Of a stretch of DNA of 64,000 nucleotides, positions 56,683-64,000 are shown piece by piece. Location of the stretch: positions 63,240,001-63,304,000 of the forward strand of contig OZ024745.1 in assembly GCA_964016885.1 (NCBI GenBank), read 5' to 3'. The notes under the pieces are model-generated. The model was not told the origin of the DNA. It made no database searches and saw only the letters and a list, made by a program, of their open reading frames with translations. This DNA comes from Eledone cirrhosa. Taxonomy: Eukaryota. The stretch's first letter is position 1; every line of letters begins with the position of its first letter. The position numbers and the translations under genes were made by a program.

Positions 56683-57548
56683 ACATCAAGGAGAAAGAGC
56701 AGCCTTCAGAAAATATCCCTTCATAGTACCTTCTTTGAGAAAACTGAATTTAGAGATCCACAGACATGGAACTGGTTGAAAAGAGGAGACCTTAAAAAGG
56801 CTACAAAAGGAATGTTAATGGCTGCGCAGGAGCAGGCCCTCAAAACGAAGTGGTTGAAACACCACATTTACAAGGAGGAGGCTAGCCCACTGTGCAGGAT
56901 CTGTAGAGAGAGAGAGAGGAGACTGTGGCTCACATTGTATCCGAGTGTAAACACCTAGTCCAGACTCACTATAAGGGCTGGAGACATGATGTGATGGGCA
57001 GGGTGATCCACTGGCACCTATGCAAAGTAAACAATTTACCACATTCTGAGAAGTGGTATGAGCATAAGCCAGAGGCGGTGATAGAAAACGATCAGGTGAA
57101 GGTGCTGTAGGATTTTAGGATACAGACGGACAAGAAACTGGAACACAATAGACCTGACCTGGTGGTTTTGGACAAAGAAAAAAGATCGTGCCTGATTGTG
57201 GATGTGGCCTGCCCATTCGACACGAGAGTGCAAGAGAAGGAGAGGGAGAAAATTAACCGATACCAGGACTTAAAGTGGGAGGTAAAAAGGATTTGGAACT
57301 GCCATGAAGTCAAAGTGATTCCGATTGTCATAGGCGCACTAGGTACTATCTCAAAAAGTTTCCAGGGACGGTTAAAGAAAATTGGCCCCTTCACGCTTTT
57401 TGGAACGCTTCAAAAGGCATGCTTGCTGGGAACAGCTTGAACCCTCCGATACGTCCTGAATATCTGAGGCTGCAGGTAGTGGCTTGATATTCATCTCAAC
57501 AAACTTTCCAGTTAACTAACATCAATGACTGAGACTCAAAGAGTAAAA
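56683..57548 (+). mobile_element. R4/Dong-type RLE LINE, 3' fragment, copy 1
   Basis: CRIC..ETVAHIVSEC, RHD, NRPDLVV...DVACP..KINRYQDL (CCHC plus restriction-like endonuclease); followed by (TAA)n. Confidence 0.9.
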
Positions 57549-57550
57549 AC

Positions 57551-57581
<31 letters not shown>

Positions 57582-57584
<3 letters not shown>

Positions 57585-58872
57585 TTCTGGAGGCTGATGA
57601 CATCAAGAACAAAAAAAATGAAGGAATTGATAAGAACTGAATACATTCGGAGAGTACGGACCGTATTAAAGTCACATCTGAACAGTAGGAATGCCATAAG
57701 TGCAGTAAATTCCCGAGCTGTGTCTATCATTAGGTACAGTGCGGGAATTCTGAGATGGAATGTTGCTGAACAAAAAGAAATGGATAGGAAGACTAGGAAG
57801 CTATTGACTATCTACAACATGTTCCACAAGAGGAGTGATGTCGATAAACTCTACTTAAGGAGATCTGAAGGTGGAAGAGGTCTTATCAGCATAGAGGACT
57901 GTGTTCAGATGGAGAAAAACAACCTACACAAATACGTGACTGATAGTAAGGAGGCAATGCTCAGAACTGTACTGAAGGAGAGGACAATAGACCAGGGGAT
58001 GTCTAAGGAGGAAATAACCACAAGGAGAAAGAGCAGCCTTCAGGAAAAATCCCTTCAAGTACCTTCTTTGAGAAAACTGAATTCAGAGATCCTCAGACAT
58101 GGAACTGGTTGAAAAGAGGAGACCTTAAAAAGGCTACAGAAGGAATGTTAATGGCTGCGCAGGAGCAGACCCTCAAAACGAAGTGGTTGAAACACCATAT
58201 TTACAAGGAGGAGGCTAGCCCACTGTGCAGGATCTGTGGAGAGAGAGAGGAGACTGTGGCTCACATTGTATCCGAGTGTAAACATCTAGCCCAGACTCAC
58301 TATAAGGGCTGGAGACATGATGTGATGGGCAGGGTGATCCACTGGCACCTATGCAAAGTAAACAATTTACCACATTCTGAGAAGTGGTATGAGCATAAGC
58401 CAGAGGCGGTGATAGAAAACGATCAGGTGAAGGTGCTATGGGATTTTAGGATACAGACGGATAAGAAACTGGAACACAATAGACCTGACCTAGTGGTTGT
58501 GGACAAAGAAAAAAGATCGTGCCTGATTGTGGATGTAGCCTGCCCATTCGACACGAGAGTGCAAGAGAAGGAGAGGGAGAAAATTAACCGATACCAGGAC
58601 TTAAAGTGGGAGGTAAAAAGGATTTGGAACTGTCATGAAGTCAAAGTGGACCCGATTGTCATAGGCGCACTAGGTACTATCTCAAAAGGTTTCCAGGGAC
58701 GGTTAAAGAAAATTGGCCCCTTCACGCTTTTTGGAACGCTTCAAAAGGCATGCCTGCTGGGAACAGCTTGAACCCTCCGATACGTCCTGAATATCTGAGG
58801 CTGCAGGTAGTGGCTTGATATTCATTTCAACAAACTTTCCAGTTAACTAACATCAATGACTGAGACTCAAAG
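57582..58872 (+). mobile_element. R4/Dong-type RLE LINE, 3' fragment, copy 2 (RT thumb, CCHC, RLE)
   Basis: LYLRRSEGGRGL, CRICGEREETVAHIVSEC, RHD, PD..D..K; flanked by (TAA)n. Confidence 0.92.
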
Positions 58873-59594
58873 AATAATAATAATAAGAAGAAGAAGAAGA
58901 ATTAGAAGAAGAAATTCTTATGAGATCGGAAACGGTTAAAAATCATGTATTATAAAACCAGCTTTATGATTTAAATGCTTGAAGAAATATGGCATCAAAT
59001 ATAAATAATTGTTCCTGAGATTTGTTTCATTTCAACTTAAGTATATTACCTTCCGAAATGTTTTAATCTATATAAAAGACAAAGAAAAAAGATAAATTGT
59101 ATTCCTATCGATATATCGCATAGTTTAACTACAAACGCGGTATTATTTCGCTCCTGATTCTAAGATTAGTTTATCAGCGTGGTTCAAAGTAAATAGGCTA
59201 TATTCGATATTTCATCTACATGAAATTTATCATGGCTTTTGGTGTACATTGGGACAACAAACAACGGTGAATACAGGCAGAGATTTTGTTACCCGTTCTA
59301 TTCAATTGAATATACGTTTCTCTTACGCACAGTCGAATGCGTAAGTATATCTGATTACACATACATAAATATTTGCAATACATTCGCACATTGAAATACA
59401 CTCAATCGCAAACATTAATGTCAGATTGTGTATGCGGCATAAACAATCATATATACCTTACATCAAGATAAATATAAGCAGAAAAATGGACTCACATTTG
59501 CATTCATACATACATGCATACATACACACGCACACCACGCACCAAAGATCCATACCGATATATATGTATGTAGATATAAATTATGTATATGTAA

Positions 59595-59687
<93 letters not shown>

Positions 59688-59700
59688 TATTTACATACAT

Positions 59701-59735
<35 letters not shown>

Positions 59736-59740
59736 CAAAC

Positions 59741-59841
<101 letters not shown>

Positions 59842-60176
59842 CAAATTTATATATGTGTGTGTGTGTTTCTTTGAGTATGTATGTATTTGTGTGTGTATCT
59901 ACGATTGCGTTAGATCACAATTTGAACAGGTTCCTCACTGGTGATCTTAGACCCTGATTAGTGGTCATAACACACCAGAAAGGATTAGCATGATCAGATT
60001 GAACAGATAACGCTACTGAAACACAAAACCATTTCTTTCATAGATCCAAACAGATAGTTCTTTACTCATTGATGTAGACTATAGTTCAAGCTGATGCTTA
60101 TATTGTCGATGATAATGTCGTAAGCCTGTTGCTAGCGATGGCATTTTGTTTATGACTTTGCTGTTTAAGTCGATAA

Positions 60177-60295
60177 CGATGATGATGATGATGATGATGA
60201 TGATAATGATGATGATGATGATGAGGAGGATTATGATGATGATGATCACGATGTTGCTGATGATGATGACGATGATTATGATGATAATAATGATA

Positions 60296-60356
<61 letters not shown>

Positions 60357-60445
60357 CGACGACAATTATGATGATGGTGATGATGATGATGATGATAATG
60401 ATGAAGATGATGACGATGATGATAATGGTGATGGTGATGATGATG
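60177..60445. repeat. (GAT)n microsatellite
   Basis: Direct reading. Confidence 0.95.
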
Positions 60446-60784
60446 CTCATTACTATTATCGTGTGGATGCTGACAATTGCAATGCTATAAATACCGATTA
60501 GAATGCTGATTATAAATGTTCACAGAAGATTTAGTGTTTGAATCGTTGATAGCATCACATGATGGATATCGTTTGAAACTTATAAACATGTGCAAGAATG
60601 GAAAGTGAGAAAGAGAGAGAAATAGAGGGAGTGAGAGAATGAGGATCGCATGATTTTGATGTAAAAATAATTCAGATTGAAGTGTATGTATATTAATTTA
60701 CTCTAAGTGATTGTTGAAGTATAATGTCCCAGAAAATTGAAGGTGTCATTTATTTATACACACAAATATGTATATATATATATA

Positions 60785-60910
60785 ACAAAGAGGTAAGATG
60801 CCAGGTGGACCATAACGCACCAGAGTACTCAATACTTAGGCTATTATAGTGGGTAATAGGAAAAGTGTCAGGATCCCGACGGCTGAGCTCCGGCCGTTTC
60901 GACAGCTACA
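60785..60910 (-). mobile_element. Copy of the 43230 repeat family
   Basis: ccaggtggaccataacgcaccagagtactcaatacttag...cccgacggctgagctccggccgtttcgac, starting at (TA)n. Confidence 0.78.
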
Positions 60911-61582
60911 TCCGAACAAATTGCAAAGCCAACGAAATACAATTAGAATTTAAGCAGCCAAGCACTCCACGAGAAAGCTCAGAGTAATAATATTCATTAG
61001 ACGGCATGACAAATTGAAAACTGTGGGAGGCAAGCCTAGCTACGACACCGAAGCAACGAAAAAAACCAACAGTTTAATAAACAAACCTGGACCGCATCGG
61101 AGGCAGAGTGACGTTTCTCCGATAGGTTTCTATGAAATCAAAATAAACAATCCTACTTGCGCAAGTAGGATTGTTTATTTTGGTGTCTGAACTGGGATTC
61201 ATGTTATCAACAGTTTTCCGTTCTCTGCCTTGACCCGGTGTGGTATGAAGTAGCAAGCAATTGTTGTTAGCAGCGGTTATGCCTCAACTATTACGTGCTT
61301 TTTCCCAACAACAGAAATAACCCCAGTTTTTGGCGGGCAAATTCAAAATGGGAACAAGAGAAGGGTGTTCCCTGCACAAACCAAATAAGAAGCACTCGAC
61401 CAGGCGTTATTAAACAAACATAAATGATTAATCAATCAATGGAATTGTCTCATTAAATTAATTAACTAATTATTAGGCCTAAGAGATAATAATACAAATG
61501 GAAGTTTAGTAAAATCGAAGATTTGGCTAACGAAATACACTATATGCGTGTGTGTCTGTGTATGTGTGTGCATACATAGTAC

Positions 61583-61621
<39 letters not shown>

Positions 61622-62487
61622 CAAAATTTAGCAAATAAGAAATATATATCCCTACATGCAAAATACATGTATTATCCAACCATATGCCAATGTGGTTCTA
61701 TCGCAGGTTAAGTCTAAAAAATAAATGGATAGTCCTTTCTGACATCCATCGAAAAGAAAGACTCTCGTCAGAAGGTTCTTTTCACTCGGAGAATATAAAA
61801 TTCACGTGTTCAAATTACGAACTGGCGCTATTCAAAATTGTTCCCGAGATGAGAGTGAATGATATAGAAGCAATTCTATCCAGTGCCGTGTGCAAAGATC
61901 CACTGCCACTAGAAATAGCAGCTGTCAAAACGACCAAAATGTTATCTCGACCAGCGGAGATTAATAATAATAAAGTATATATCCCTACATGCAAAATGCA
62001 TATAGGGACACATGTATTATCCAACCATATGTCAATGTGGTTCGATGGCAGGTTAATAAATTTTTTATTCACATGACCTCTACCGACCAATCAAAATTGT
62101 TTTGACCAAGAATTTTTGCTGGAGCCACTTTTTTAACATAAAAACAGTCTTGGCGCAAAATCAACTTTTTACATTCACATGACCTCTACCGACCAATCAA
62201 AATTGTTTTGACCACAAGAATTTTTGCAACACAAAAATAACGCTGGAGCCACTTTTTTAACATAAAAACAGGTAGAATTCCCAAAACTAATCAGATCAGA
62301 GCAAACAGCACGGACACTCTATCTCAAAATTATTTTTGAAAAGCATTTAGAAATGCGCAACCGGTAAAAACTTAAAAACTTAAAACCACAACTGAATACT
62401 AACCCATACAATCACTAATACTCTTTTATTCCTAATTAAACCATTTTTCAACTGTGAACAATTTGTCAGCATTTTCTATTCCGTTTA

Positions 62488-62529
<42 letters not shown>

Positions 62530-62932
62530 TGTGCATGTGTATATGTATAATATATGTGTATATTTACACATTTATATGTTATTGTTAATATCATTATTAT
62601 TATTATTATTACTATTATTATCCTCATCATATCTACTACCACTACTACGACAAGCTTAAATTTGTTCCAAAGATATGCCTCAGATTTAGCATAAGACGCC
62701 TTGCACCTTTAATCTTGCAGCGTTCGGTAAACCAACATCACAAAGTGGCTTAGTTAATTTTGTTTGTCTATTTTTCTATGCGAATAAATTCTCATTGGAT
62801 TTCTCATTGGATTCATTGAAACACTACTAAAGTTATGGATTCTCGAAAGACAAGTTTAGGAAAGCTCTCTCTCTCTATCTATCTATCTATCTATCTTTCT
62901 CAATCTATACTTATATATATACATATAGATAG

Positions 62933-63417
<485 letters not shown>

Positions 63418-63469
63418 TATATATATATATACTGACATTGATAAATATGGTGGGTACGTCAACCCTTAT

Positions 63470-63549
<80 letters not shown>

Positions 63550-63883
63550 GGTGAATAAAATGAATGGCACCATCTTTATATTTGTATAGATTATGAACTA
63601 ATGTAGCACAGAGTTACTTCACATATTCCAAGTGATCCCAATGCATTTTTGATGTGGTAAATTTTCGCTTAATCTCTTTACAAACATACACAGAGTTGAC
63701 TCTGATTACTTGTCTGATGTTTTACTTTAGCTCAGTGACGCACTTTGGTTTGTTGTCTCGTAAAAAGTCCTTCACAAGACATCGAAGAAAGGGTTATGTG
63801 ACTCCACTTTAAAAGTTTCACACGATTTCCAAAGTTAACTTTCAGTCCATTTGACAAACAATTCTGCATTCAAGAGACATTCA

Positions 63884-63956
63884 AGAAGAAGAAGAAGAAG
63901 AAGAAGAAGAAGAAGAAGAAGAAGAAGAAGAAGAAGAAGAAGAAGAAGAAGAAGAA
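63884..63956. repeat. (GAA)n microsatellite
   Basis: Direct reading. Confidence 0.95.
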
Positions 63957-64000
63957 ATTATTATCACAAAAACAAGGATAATACATAAATGAAGATATAT

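Noticed and set aside
60079-60490. Poly-Met and poly-Ile ORFs
   Set aside because: (GAT)n microsatellite.
63545-63580. Tc1/mariner TIR start (cagggtg)
   Set aside because: Single short end, no partner in the window.

Overview
Eukaryotic, very AT-rich, microsatellite-dense DNA with no recognisable host exon. The SINE family and repeat landscape suggest an octopus/cephalopod-type genome (inference). Almost all real coding sequence is retroelement-derived: four diverged Tx1/L1-clade LINEs (one with an intact 1145-aa APE-RT ORF2), two tandem plus one old R4/Dong-type restriction-like-endonuclease LINE fragments, a Penelope-like (GIY-YIG) element, an RTE fragment, Tc1/mariner remnants, two Helitron-like copies and seven tRNA-type SINE copies. 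Most ORFs in the supplied track are microsatellite artefacts. Three patterns stand out. (1) Short fold-back elements of several unrelated families sit at (TA)n tracts; many carry minimal type I hammerhead ribozymes with a palindromic stem III, and their inversion points fall at the ribozyme core. (2) An invariant AG|GTAAGT (perfect U1 5' splice site) followed by a pyrimidine tract and CAACATG lies at the ORF1/ORF2 junction of all three Tx1 copies where the junction is present. (3) Tx1 LINEs and the SINE share a similar 3' end and an ATTAT-type target, while R4/Dong uses the same (TAA)n tracts in the opposite orientation.
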